This document shows, piece after piece, positions 47,179 through 55,996 of a DNA stretch of 64,000 nucleotides; position 1 is the first letter of the stretch, and every line of letters begins with the position of its first letter. Under the pieces are notes generated by a model that saw only the letters and a list, made by a program, of their open reading frames with translations, was not told the DNA's origin and did no database searches. This stretch comes from a virus (Duplodnaviria > Caudoviricetes): the IMG/VR virus record IMGVR_UViG_3300035491_000281. One strand, written 5' to 3'. A program made the translations under genes and the position numbers.

Positions 47179-48234
47179 ATGTCTAACGCAGCTGCTCTGC
47201 TTAAGAAAAACTTTCCCCTCGGCACCACCGAGGCACTCCCCAGCTTGGAGGCCCTGCTAACCCTCACCGCCGCCGAAGTCTCCAACGAAGAGTTCGAAGG
47301 TATCCTGGGGGGTGTTGGTAACCTCTTCGGTGACCTGTTCCGCAACATCGCCCAAGGTCGCCGCCCCAACGTCAAGAAGATCGCCAAGGACCGCCTGCTG
47401 TCATCGCTGCGTCTGGCCGCTAACTCCTACTACGGCAACCGCGCCTGGTTGGAAAAGCGTCGCATCATCACCGGCGATATCAAAGCGGCCGGCATCGCCG
47501 AGTTCCTCAGCATCGATGGGGTGGTTACCACCGACCCCGATCGCATCCGCATGGTGGCTGACAGCGTCGCTCCGTTTACGAATGATTACCTGGCCGAAAT
47601 TGAACGTTGGAAAAAAGCAGTGATGCCGATCTCCAACCGCCTGCGTAACGAGCGTCTGACGCGCGATACGCTTGCCGATATTCTGCCGCAGCTACAGTCG
47701 ATCCCGCACGCTGACATGATGTTCAACAACAAGCTGGAGCGTACGTTCAAGTACGAACTGGGTAAGCGCCTGATCCAGGACGGCGAACCCACCGCGCCCC
47801 AGAAGAACCCGGTGAAGTACATCCGCGCTCTGACCGTGGATGAGATCATCGACGTCTCCAACGTGATCGTCATGCTCATGAACCGCATCGCTGAGAACAT
47901 CGAAGCCGTGGATGACAAGGTCCGCGACCCGGCCCTGTGCTTTACTGCCAATGAAGGCTGGCACGGTTGGAAAGATATCGAAGATCAGGTTTACGGTAAA
48001 TTCAAGATCTTCAAGTACGCTCCCAACGACTTGGGGCGGGACGTAAACCCCTGGTTGCGTTTGGCATACAAGGGCGTCCGGGCGGCGGTGGTTAATACCA
48101 AGCTGGCGGAGAGCTGGAGCGACGTAACCGAAGTCTTCAGTGGCGCGCACTACTACGGCCTGGAAAACATCAACAGCGTTATGTACGACACCGCTCTGGC
48201 GCTGGCCCGTTACATCGATCGCTCGATTCGTTAA
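47179..48234 (+). CDS. Probable internal head protein
   Basis: N-terminal SLE and SNE sites match the phiKZ prohead protease S/A/G-x-E specificity, followed by a Gly-rich amphipathic helix. Confidence 0.5.
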   Translation: MSNAAALLKKNFPLGTTEALPSLEALLTLTAAEVSNEEFEGILGGVGNLFGDLFRNIAQGRRPNVKKIAKDRLLSSLRLAANSYYGNRAWLEKRRIITGDIKAAGIAEFLSIDGVVTTDPDRIRMVADSVAPFTNDYLAEIERWKKAVMPISNRLRNERLTRDTLADILPQLQSIPHADMMFNNKLERTFKYELGKRLIQDGEPTAPQKNPVKYIRALTVDEIIDVSNVIVMLMNRIAENIEAVDDKVRDPALCFTANEGWHGWKDIEDQVYGKFKIFKYAPNDLGRDVNPWLRLAYKGVRAAVVNTKLAESWSDVTEVFSGAHYYGLENINSVMYDTALALARYIDRSIR

Positions 48235-48347
48235 CTGTTTCTGCGGTAATACTATAGTCAGATTGCCGGCCGCTCACCGGCACCTGGCGGCTCGGTGTTA
48301 CTGCCGAAGTGCTCTTTACGGTTCATTCGTTAACTTTGCTCCTTGTG

Positions 48348-48375
48348 CCCTCCCTTCGGGGAGGGTTTTTTTTTT
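48348..48375 (+). terminator. Intrinsic terminator
   Basis: CCCTCCC-TTCG-GGGAGGG followed by T10. Confidence 0.85.
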
Positions 48376-48426
48376 GTCAAGTCCCGACGGCATAAACCCT
48401 CCCCAACTGGGGAGGGCTTTATAACG

Positions 48427-48816
48427 CTACACCCGGGTAAGTTCCTGATGGTGACGGGCCCGGTCGTAGACCCAGGCTTTTTGTTCGTCCGTCAACTGCA
48501 GGTAACCGGTTTCGTGAGAGACTGTGGCGTAGAAACAGACCTTGTTGATCTTGGCGTTGATGCGACCCCGAATCTCGGGTTCTGGGGTTTGGAAGGGGAA
48601 CAGGTGGTCCCCCGCCAATAGAGTCGTAAACTCCGGCTGGTCACTGAGCATCCGCGCCACCCCCGCTAGGTCGGCCAACTCGTGTTGGAGGGCCACTGCC
48701 GCCGGCTCGCCATGAAAGTAACTGTCGCAGCCGAATTGGGCTTCCTTCAACGCCTCTTTCGCGACCTCGTTGGCTTCCTCGGCGAGTTTGATGAGTAGGT
48801 ATTGCAGAAGGTTCAT
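48427..48816 (-). CDS. MazG-like NTP pyrophosphohydrolase
   Basis: KLAEEANEVAK...QHELADL matches the ExxE...ExxD metal-binding pattern. Confidence 0.65.
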   Translation of the reverse strand: MNLLQYLLIKLAEEANEVAKEALKEAQFGCDSYFHGEPAAVALQHELADLAGVARMLSDQPEFTTLLAGDHLFPFQTPEPEIRGRINAKINKVCFYATVSHETGYLQLTDEQKAWVYDRARHHQELTRV

Positions 48817-49283
48817 TGGGGGATTGCTCCTTTCATTTCCAGTACCCGCTTACCCAAGGCGTCGTTCTCGATCGACAAACAGTACTCGGTTTCGTTCACC
48901 ACCATGAGCGCGCTACCGTGGACGCTGTCCCACGCCAGCAGCATAGTCCCGTTCGGGTTTTCGTCGGTGGTTACATTCTTTTGGTTCAGGTTGTAACTTG
49001 CCATCAGAGCCGCTGCATTTGCGCGGATGCGTTGGCGACGTGGGCTGTCTTTTTCCTGCCCATCCAACCAAGCGTGGTACAACGCTTCGAACTCGGGGTG
49101 TTCCCAGTACAGATTGCAGAACAGGTTTTTCTTGACCCAACCGTCTACCGGGGTGGGACTACGTACAGTCCTCAAGAACTCGTCTTCCACCCGACTGAAC
49201 AGCTCGTATTCAGGTGTGTCGACCGGCGGGCGCGTCAGCGTCGCCCGCACGTAAACGTTCTTTTGTGGGATTTGCGACAGCAT
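48813..49283 (-). CDS. Hypothetical protein
   Basis: Coupled to both neighbours in the polymerase operon. Confidence 0.6.
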   Translation of the reverse strand: MLSQIPQKNVYVRATLTRPPVDTPEYELFSRVEDEFLRTVRSPTPVDGWVKKNLFCNLYWEHPEFEALYHAWLDGQEKDSPRRQRIRANAAALMASYNLNQKNVTTDENPNGTMLLAWDSVHGSALMVVNETEYCLSIENDALGKRVLEMKGAIPQ

Positions 49284-49589
49284 TCAGTAAATTCCCTCGT
49301 TCAGTAATTCGGCTAACGCCCGGGCCTGCGACACCGGCCCACTGGCAAACATATCAGACAACACGCCATCAAACTCCAGCGCCCGCTCCGCTAACTCCCG
49401 CATGAGGCTTGGATTCTCTCCGGCCCACTCACGCCAGAGGGCTTTGTATGCAACATAAAGGTCTACCGACGCATCACGCGCCGGCTTCCCTTTTCCTTCC
49501 CGCCACGAGTCTTGACCGAGGACCCCCCAACCCTTAACTCGCAGTTGGTAGTGTTCCTCGATCGAGTACCCGTCCGAGAGTTTAGCCAC
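49284..49589 (-). CDS. NADAR/YbiA-like domain protein (frame open upstream to 49679; may be a -1 frameshift extension of the polymerase)
   Basis: (FSAL)VAKLSDGYSIEEHYQLRVKG resembles NADAR FS..F..DG..Y...EHYYQA.K. The fold is inferred. Confidence 0.5.
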   Translation of the reverse strand: MAKLSDGYSIEEHYQLRVKGWGVLGQDSWREGKGKPARDASVDLYVAYKALWREWAGENPSLMRELAERALEFDGVLSDMFASGPVSQARALAELLNEGIY

Positions 49590-51361
49590 TAAAGCCGAGA
49601 ATCGCCGATCGCCCTTGGTAGAGCATTCGTAGCCTCCGCGTCGTTGGAAGCGGTAGCTGGCTTTTTTAGTACGTGTTCCTCAAAACCCGCCAGCAGCTGG
49701 TCCAGACTCGGCGCGCCGAGAATCTTCTGGCAGATTTCCACCGCGTTGACGCGCCCGCCGGTGAGGTTCACCCCCACTTCCCGCCGATGGTGTTCCGAGA
49801 TCCCCTGCATCCGCGAGAACTCCATCATGCAGGTTTCCCGGGCGATGTTGAGCAGCTGTGAAACGTTGGGGTAAGTCGAGACAATATCCAAGTCTGCGAC
49901 GTGCGCAAAGATCAACGTGCGGTAATCAGGGTACTCCTTAACGCAGGGTAGACCCGTCGGCCCGGCCATGAATGACGGTAGCGTCACAATCCAATCGTCG
50001 TGACCGATCACGTGCTCGTCGAGTTCGTCGACCATCTGATCGGAACTGGAACCGATCACACAAGGCTCTGGACGGTTGAGGTACCAGAAATGCATGTCGT
50101 CGCAGAGTCGTTTCGGGTTGGAGTTGAAGTTCTTGTAGTCCGAGTTCTTCGAACTGGTGGTGATCTTCGACGCCAGGTCGTTGGTCTTCTCGTCCAGCAG
50201 CTCCAGTGAAATACTATCGAACACGTTATACACCCCGTATTCGATTTTGTATTTCTCCTGCATGACTTCGTGCCAACGCAGCCCCGAGAGGTGAGCGGTA
50301 GCGGCGAACTTGAGCTTGGTTATCTTCAGCTCTTTTTGCAGGATATAATCCAACGCGTACGACGAGTCCTTCCCGTCGGTCAATCGCAGTAGGCGATACA
50401 CCGGTAGCGCATCGATGCACTGGAAGCTGGCCGGGTGGGTCACCCAGTTCCAACGGTCCTCGATGTTGATCGACATGGTCTTGCCCGAGGCCGTCACTTT
50501 TTGTGACTGTCCACGGCGGTACTCGAAATACCGATACTGGGCGGGAACCCGCGGGTCGGAGAACACCGTGGCCGGATCGATGTTGGCCCGTTCCAGGGTA
50601 CGCACCATGTTGGTGATATCGAAGTCCATATTCCAGAAGGTGAAGAACTCCGGCTGCCATTCGTGTAGGGCATTGAGCATCCCGATGACGATCTCAGCTG
50701 GGGTGTCGACCACGAACACTTCCAGCTGGAGTTGGCGTTTATCTAACCACTCGCCAATGTGCTCCCGCGCCTTGGCGTGGGTTTCGGCCACCGGGTCGGC
50801 AATGTCGGCGACCCAGCTGCGCAAGTAGAACAAACGGGCGTTGCGCTTACATGTGACCGAGGCGCAGATGATCTCCCCTTCCTTGGAATGGACGTTGGTC
50901 TCAATGTCACCGGCGGCGACTTTGTTCAACGAGATCAACCCCGGCCAACGGTTACGGTATTCGGCCTTGTAGAGTGCTGCGCTGGTGATATCGGTGCCGT
51001 ACAGGTAAGGACTCCGACCGAGTCGCCGCAGGGGTGGGTTCGGACCGGCGGAATAATCACCTAAGGCGCGGGCAACCGCCTTAGGTAGTTCGAGTTGGGT
51101 ACAGGTGTATTTCTGGCAATTCTTTTCCAGCTCGTAGTCTTTCTTGTCCTTGTGGGTCTGTCGCCCTTTGTGGGTGATCCAATACGGGCGCTTGTAGTCT
51201 TCCTTGAAACGGAGGTTCGGGATGCGCCGGCCGTCTTTGAGGTGAATCATTTCCTTGACCACGAGCATGTCGTGGTTGGAACCATCCTGCGCCCGGACAT
51301 AAGTGAGGTGCTTGGGTTCGATCCCGAGCACGTCTTCGGACTTAAAATTCTGTTGGGTCAT
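49589..51361 (-). CDS. Family-B DNA polymerase, exonuclease plus motif-A subunit (phiKZ gp82-like)
   Basis: ExoI AGDIETN, ExoII FWNMDFDI, ExoIII YNVFDSI and motif A ADLDIVSTYP. Complements the 14054 subunit. Confidence 0.85.
   Translation of the reverse strand: MTQQNFKSEDVLGIEPKHLTYVRAQDGSNHDMLVVKEMIHLKDGRRIPNLRFKEDYKRPYWITHKGRQTHKDKKDYELEKNCQKYTCTQLELPKAVARALGDYSAGPNPPLRRLGRSPYLYGTDITSAALYKAEYRNRWPGLISLNKVAAGDIETNVHSKEGEIICASVTCKRNARLFYLRSWVADIADPVAETHAKAREHIGEWLDKRQLQLEVFVVDTPAEIVIGMLNALHEWQPEFFTFWNMDFDITNMVRTLERANIDPATVFSDPRVPAQYRYFEYRRGQSQKVTASGKTMSINIEDRWNWVTHPASFQCIDALPVYRLLRLTDGKDSSYALDYILQKELKITKLKFAATAHLSGLRWHEVMQEKYKIEYGVYNVFDSISLELLDEKTNDLASKITTSSKNSDYKNFNSNPKRLCDDMHFWYLNRPEPCVIGSSSDQMVDELDEHVIGHDDWIVTLPSFMAGPTGLPCVKEYPDYRTLIFAHVADLDIVSTYPNVSQLLNIARETCMMEFSRMQGISEHHRREVGVNLTGGRVNAVEICQKILGAPSLDQLLAGFEEHVLKKPATASNDAEATNALPRAIGDSRL
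49631..49681 (-). other. Candidate -1 programmed ribosomal frameshift cassette
   Basis: GAGG (49681-49678), 10-nt spacer, in-phase A_AAA_AAG (49667-49661), then hairpin AGCUACCGC/GCGGAGGCU (49658-49631). Confidence 0.55.
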
Positions 51362-51477
51362 GGGTTCATCCAAGCCTGGGTTAGTCTGTAGCATTGGACC
51401 CCTCCGTCTTTTCTCCTACGGTCAAAGCCGCCTATTTCTATGACTTGATAACAATCAGGCTTCTTGGAGAGACGACC

Positions 51478-52776
51478 GTGTCCCGAGTTCTAACTATTTC
51501 ACAGGAATTTCTGAAAGTCGGGGGTAACCTGACCTTCGCTCCCCTGGTATTGAGCCAGGTGGAGAAACTGTTCGACAAGATGCGCATCGCCAAAACCGTC
51601 AGTAAATCGGATCTGTCGGACTTGGAGCAATGCCTGCGTAAACACACCAATATCAACTTCAGTCTCCATCTCGCCCTTGGTCATCCGTTGCAGCTGGGGG
51701 TCTACTGCGTGCGCTTTCACGGCCATAGTGGGGCGGCGGGCAAGTACAGTCAAAGTCCGGCCGATATCAGCGGAACGGTCTTTCACGAAAAACTGCTGCG
51801 CTCAACCATTGACTTGGAAAAAGCGCAGGTCACCGGGGAGCTCAGCAAAGTACCGTTCACCATGGTGGTCCCCACCGGGTTGTTCTCGGCGAGCTGGGGC
51901 CTGACGCCCGAGGAGGTTACCAGCCTGCTGCTGCATGAGGTGGGCCACGCCTTCTATTGCCTGGCAACCCTCGGCGAATATGTCTGGTTGAACTACTACC
52001 TGACTGACGGCATCGACGTTCTGCTGGGTAAGAAGCCGAACAAGTACCGCATTGAGTTGCTCAATGCCAGTTACCTGCAAGCCAAGACCACCGACCCTGA
52101 CCTGCGCAAAAAGCTGGAGGCCGATCCAACTGAGGAGAACTTGCGCCGCGCCGTGCTGGTCTATACCTTGAAAGAACCGCGCAATCACCTGACCGGCCAG
52201 TCGGTCCGGGGGATGAACCGCCGCGACGAGCAGTTGGCCGACATGTTTGTCTCCCGCTTAGGTTTTACCCGCCCGTTGGCCAGTGGGTTGGTAAAGATCA
52301 CACGAATGGGTTCCAGTGGCCGGCGCTTTACCCGCAGCCGCGAAGACTTTATGGCGATGGAAGCTCTGAAGGTGCTGGTCGCCACGGTCGGGGTGCTCGC
52401 GGCGCCATGGACTGCCGGTGTTGGGTTGCTGCTCACACTCGGGGTGATCTCGACCTCCGTGACTGAGGCTCACGTGCATCCCTTCTACGACAACCCGACC
52501 GAACGACTACAGAAGCTGCGCAACGACCTGGTGTCACAGCTGAAGAGTCCGGAGATGTCAGAACAACAGCGTTTGGCCCTCGACGAGGACATCAAGACGT
52601 TGGATGACATCTTGAAAAACCACAACCAATACCTGAGTCTTTGGGAAGTGATTGGATTTGCCCTCGCCCCCAAGGCTCGCCGCGATCACCAACGTCTCAA
52701 GCATGAAGAGATGTTGGAGCAACTGCTTAGCAACGATCTGTTCGTGCAAGCCCACCGTTTCCGTCAGCTCACCTAA
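51478..52776 (+). CDS. Virion-type protein with a HExxH zinc-metallopeptidase motif and a hydrophobic segment (gp84-like by synteny)
   Basis: GTG 51478 with GGAG SD. LLLHEVGH, RRDEQLADMF...LASGLVKI and a TM-like VLVATVGVLAAPWTAGVGLLLTLGVI. Confidence 0.6.
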   Translation: MSRVLTISQEFLKVGGNLTFAPLVLSQVEKLFDKMRIAKTVSKSDLSDLEQCLRKHTNINFSLHLALGHPLQLGVYCVRFHGHSGAAGKYSQSPADISGTVFHEKLLRSTIDLEKAQVTGELSKVPFTMVVPTGLFSASWGLTPEEVTSLLLHEVGHAFYCLATLGEYVWLNYYLTDGIDVLLGKKPNKYRIELLNASYLQAKTTDPDLRKKLEADPTEENLRRAVLVYTLKEPRNHLTGQSVRGMNRRDEQLADMFVSRLGFTRPLASGLVKITRMGSSGRRFTRSREDFMAMEALKVLVATVGVLAAPWTAGVGLLLTLGVISTSVTEAHVHPFYDNPTERLQKLRNDLVSQLKSPEMSEQQRLALDEDIKTLDDILKNHNQYLSLWEVIGFALAPKARRDHQRLKHEEMLEQLLSNDLFVQAHRFRQLT

Positions 52777-52792
52777 CCGAGGAGTACACACC

Positions 52793-53236
52793 ATGAAAGC
52801 TGCCGCCGCTCTGGTCAAACAACTGCGTCAGATGTCCGTTCCCGAAGCCCACACCCGCCGTTTCCGCGCTCTGTTTGTCGCGCAAGCCCTGGCGTACCAT
52901 GTCCCGGTCCAAGCTGGCAAGTCGCTGGATGAGGTCCACCAGCAACACGAGAAGCCATTCCTGGCCCTGCTCAACGACGTCAACGAGTATCTGCCGGTCG
53001 ATACCCGCCTGGCGCGCGAGTTGTTCCGTCGCCTGCTGAAGGGTCGCCTGGAGCTGCTCAATGGCTTTACCGACATCAGCCTGCTCAAGGCCCTGCTGGC
53101 CAGCGACACCCAGCTGGAACAGCTACCGCCGGAAACCGCCGGCGTGATGGATAATCTGCTGAGCCAACCGCAGTTCGCGCAAGCCCAGTACGCCATCCAC
53201 GAGTTGGTGGCTGACGTATACGCGCCGGCTGAGTAA
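52793..53236 (+). CDS. Conserved hypothetical protein (gp85-like)
   Basis: GAGGAG SD, ATG 52793. Confidence 0.65.
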   Translation: MKAAAALVKQLRQMSVPEAHTRRFRALFVAQALAYHVPVQAGKSLDEVHQQHEKPFLALLNDVNEYLPVDTRLARELFRRLLKGRLELLNGFTDISLLKALLASDTQLEQLPPETAGVMDNLLSQPQFAQAQYAIHELVADVYAPAE

Positions 53237-53258
53237 CGCGCCCGCTTGAGAGGTTGGT

Positions 53259-53555
53259 ATGACCGGCCCTGCCGCTCCCCGTCCACTCCAGCATCCATGG
53301 TTGACCGACGACTATCTCCAATCCCTGATCGCCCATGAAGCGTACCACCATTTTGAGGGTACGCGAGTAACGGTGTGTTGCATTGTGCTGCACACTGGCT
53401 ATGCTCTGGTCGAGTCGGCGATTTGGGCGTCGCCCGCCACCTTTGACCCGGAACGGGGTCGGCAACGGGCCAAGCGCAAGGTACTCGATGCTTTGCTGGA
53501 GCGGGAATACTACGTACTGCGTCAGCGCCTACACGACGCTGACCATCCCCATTGA
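53259..53555 (+). CDS. Phage protein of the N4 Gp49/Sf6 gp66-like family
   Basis: TRVTVCCIVLHTGYALV...FDPERGRQRA...LEREYY pattern. Confidence 0.6.
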   Translation: MTGPAAPRPLQHPWLTDDYLQSLIAHEAYHHFEGTRVTVCCIVLHTGYALVESAIWASPATFDPERGRQRAKRKVLDALLEREYYVLRQRLHDADHPH

Positions 53556-53567
53556 GAAAGGTGTCCC

Positions 53568-54758
53568 ATGGACCAACATGAAGAACAGAACCCGGACTCG
53601 GTGCCGGTGGATTACCCTGAGACGGAACAGGCCGAACTGACCCAAGTGGCGACCGCGGTCACCTGGCTGCGCGACCTCAACGACACCATCCGGCGTCACG
53701 GGGTATCCAGCAGCGACATCCAAGCCTTGCACGAGATCAAAACCAGCCTGGAAGCCATCGGCCTGGAGTTTGAGCCCATTCCAGCGCTGGAGCAATACAG
53801 CGTGGGCTGCTTCACCGGTGAGCGCACCAGCGTCAACCTGACCGTCAGCCAAGAAGCCATCGGCCAGACCATCCTGCAGACCATCAAGAACTGGCTGCGT
53901 AAGATCGTCGAGTTCCTGAACAAGATGGTGCGCTGGGTCCGCGGTGCCTTTATGAGCGAGGTGATTATTCAGCACAACCTGAAGAAGGTCGAAAAGGCCA
54001 TCTTGAAGGTGGGTGACAGCAACCGTGAACTGACCCGCCGGTTCTACCGCCCTGACGCCGAATTCGAAGCTCGTTTACTGCGCCTAGCTGGCGAACTGCT
54101 GCAGGACCCACAACTGAAGCGCACGCCTTATCAGGTGGCGGCGTTCGGGGTGGCGGGGGAGTTGCAGAAGGTTACCCAGTTGCACTTGGAAACCACCACG
54201 ATCGCCAATGGGCTGCAGACGCTGGTCAAAGAACTGACAGCGTTCCTCACCGACGACAACGCTCCCGGCTTCGACGCCAACACCCGGGTGTTCGATATGC
54301 TGCGCATCCAGCACCTGACCTCCATGGAGCTGGAGATCGAAGCGCCGAAGTTCGACGCGTTGCTCCGCCAAGTCACTCCCGCGGTGTTCGAGCAACCGCT
54401 GCCGGCCGGCATCGCCGACGTTCTAGGCTATGACCACCTGACCAAGCTCTACGAGTCGTTGGGTGACGAACTGCGCCGGGCGCAGCGAATCAGCAACGCC
54501 GATGAAATCGATGGCATCCTGGACGTGTTGAGTGAGATGTTGCAGGCGGTGGATCGCGTGGGTAAGATTGCATCGTTCCTCTACACCTTCAACAAGGCCA
54601 AGCTCAACGTCCTCAAGCTGCGCTATCAGTACGAGAACCAAAAGTTCACCTGGTTGGTGGCCGAAGCGTTGCGTCAAGCGATCACCGACAGCCAGCGTAA
54701 CACGGTGGAGCGACTGCGGGCGGAACTGACCAAAGTCATCAGCGATATTCTCAAGTAG
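53568..54758 (+). CDS. Internal head protein, paralog A (gp86-like)
   Basis: ALE and SQE processing-type sites; clear paralogy with the next gene. Confidence 0.6.
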   Translation: MDQHEEQNPDSVPVDYPETEQAELTQVATAVTWLRDLNDTIRRHGVSSSDIQALHEIKTSLEAIGLEFEPIPALEQYSVGCFTGERTSVNLTVSQEAIGQTILQTIKNWLRKIVEFLNKMVRWVRGAFMSEVIIQHNLKKVEKAILKVGDSNRELTRRFYRPDAEFEARLLRLAGELLQDPQLKRTPYQVAAFGVAGELQKVTQLHLETTTIANGLQTLVKELTAFLTDDNAPGFDANTRVFDMLRIQHLTSMELEIEAPKFDALLRQVTPAVFEQPLPAGIADVLGYDHLTKLYESLGDELRRAQRISNADEIDGILDVLSEMLQAVDRVGKIASFLYTFNKAKLNVLKLRYQYENQKFTWLVAEALRQAITDSQRNTVERLRAELTKVISDILK

Positions 54759-54766
54759 AGGTGCGC

Positions 54767-55996
54767 ATGGACACACCGGAACCACTCGATTCAGTGATCG
54801 AGTTCAGCCCGACGGGCCAGGCTGACGAACTGACCCAGCTAAAGCAGGTCTCCGAGCGCCTGGGGTGGTTACAAGACCTGCAGCTGACCATTTCAAGGGA
54901 AGGGGTCTCCTCGACCGACATGCAGGTCTTAGGCGAGATCCGGGACGCGCTCACGACACTGGGCGTTGAGTTCGAACCCAAACCCAGTCTGGAGTGTTAC
55001 ACCCCAGCCTGTTTCACCGCCGAGCGCAGCAGTGTCAACCTCAGCGTGGCTCAAGAAGGTATCGCTGACGCCATCTACCAGACCATCCGTAAGTTGCTCA
55101 AGCGCCTGCATGACTTCATGAAAACCACCCTACAGTGGTTGGGGGAGTTGGTGCGAAGCGAAACGCTGATGCGGTTCAAGATCGAGAAGCTCTACAAGGC
55201 GACACTCAAGGTCAGCGAGGGCGCCAATCAACTCACCCACAAATTCGTAGCCGATACCTCCGGGGTCAACAAGAACCTGGACAAACTGCGCCACGATATC
55301 CTGCGGGGGAGTGGGTTGAAGCCAACGCTCTATCAGCTGGCGGCTTTTGGCGAACCCAACAGCAAGCGGCGGGTCGATGCGTTGATTCTCAACATTCGGC
55401 AAGTGGTGGCGGGACTGAACCGTTTGACCAACAACACGGTTCAAGCCCTAGCTCGCAAAGGCGCCCTGGACGTCAGCGCCCTGCGGGATCTGCGGGTATT
55501 CGATAACCTCAGCCAGATCGTCACCGAGATGGGGTTACTGAGTGCGGTCGATCCCACGAAGGACTACTTCCTGCGCAAGCCCTTGCCGTATCTGCCAGCC
55601 GAAACCGGTCAGCACGTCCAATTGGACAGTAAGGCGCAGGACCTGGCTCCATACGGGCCGGTGCTGGAGTTTTACAAGGAGCAGACCAAGAAGGTGGATA
55701 AGCTGTGGATGGCCAACCTCGGGGGGTCGGAAATCAGCGATGAGGCCAAATTCGTGGTCGAGGTGCTGCGCAAGTTGTCGGGGGCGTTGGAGGAGCTGGA
55801 GGAAGTGATTCGTTTCCTCTACACCTTCAACAGGGCCAAGCTCAACGTGTTGGCGTTGTGCTACCGCTATGAGAACCATCGGTTCACCTGGCTGTACAAG
55901 GAAGCTAGCAAGGCCGCCTTGACCGAGGCACAGGAGAAAGCCATCGAGAAGATCCGGGACGACTACCGGCAGATCGTGGCCAGTATCCTTAGCTGA
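54767..55996 (+). CDS. Internal head protein, paralog B (gp86-like)
   Basis: SLE and AQE sites; shares CFT.ER.SVNL.V.QE and FLYTFN.AKLNVL...YEN..FTWL with paralog A. Confidence 0.6.
   Translation: MDTPEPLDSVIEFSPTGQADELTQLKQVSERLGWLQDLQLTISREGVSSTDMQVLGEIRDALTTLGVEFEPKPSLECYTPACFTAERSSVNLSVAQEGIADAIYQTIRKLLKRLHDFMKTTLQWLGELVRSETLMRFKIEKLYKATLKVSEGANQLTHKFVADTSGVNKNLDKLRHDILRGSGLKPTLYQLAAFGEPNSKRRVDALILNIRQVVAGLNRLTNNTVQALARKGALDVSALRDLRVFDNLSQIVTEMGLLSAVDPTKDYFLRKPLPYLPAETGQHVQLDSKAQDLAPYGPVLEFYKEQTKKVDKLWMANLGGSEISDEAKFVVEVLRKLSGALEELEEVIRFLYTFNRAKLNVLALCYRYENHRFTWLYKEASKAALTEAQEKAIEKIRDDYRQIVASILS

Noticed and set aside
48235-48375. Possible sRNA between the 47179 gene and its terminator (TAATACTATAG, small hairpin)
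   Set aside because: A long 3' UTR explains it equally well and the structures are weak. A similar TAATAGTATAG at 18973 is only a second instance, too few to call a motif.
49599-49634. GGAGG followed by ATG in the third frame near the polymerase end (MLYQGRSAILGFSG)
   Set aside because: It encodes only 14 aa and does not reach the NADAR-like frame, so it is probably incidental.
14054-51361. Split DNA polymerase and split multisubunit RNA polymerases as novelty
   Set aside because: These are established features of phiKZ-like jumbo phages.
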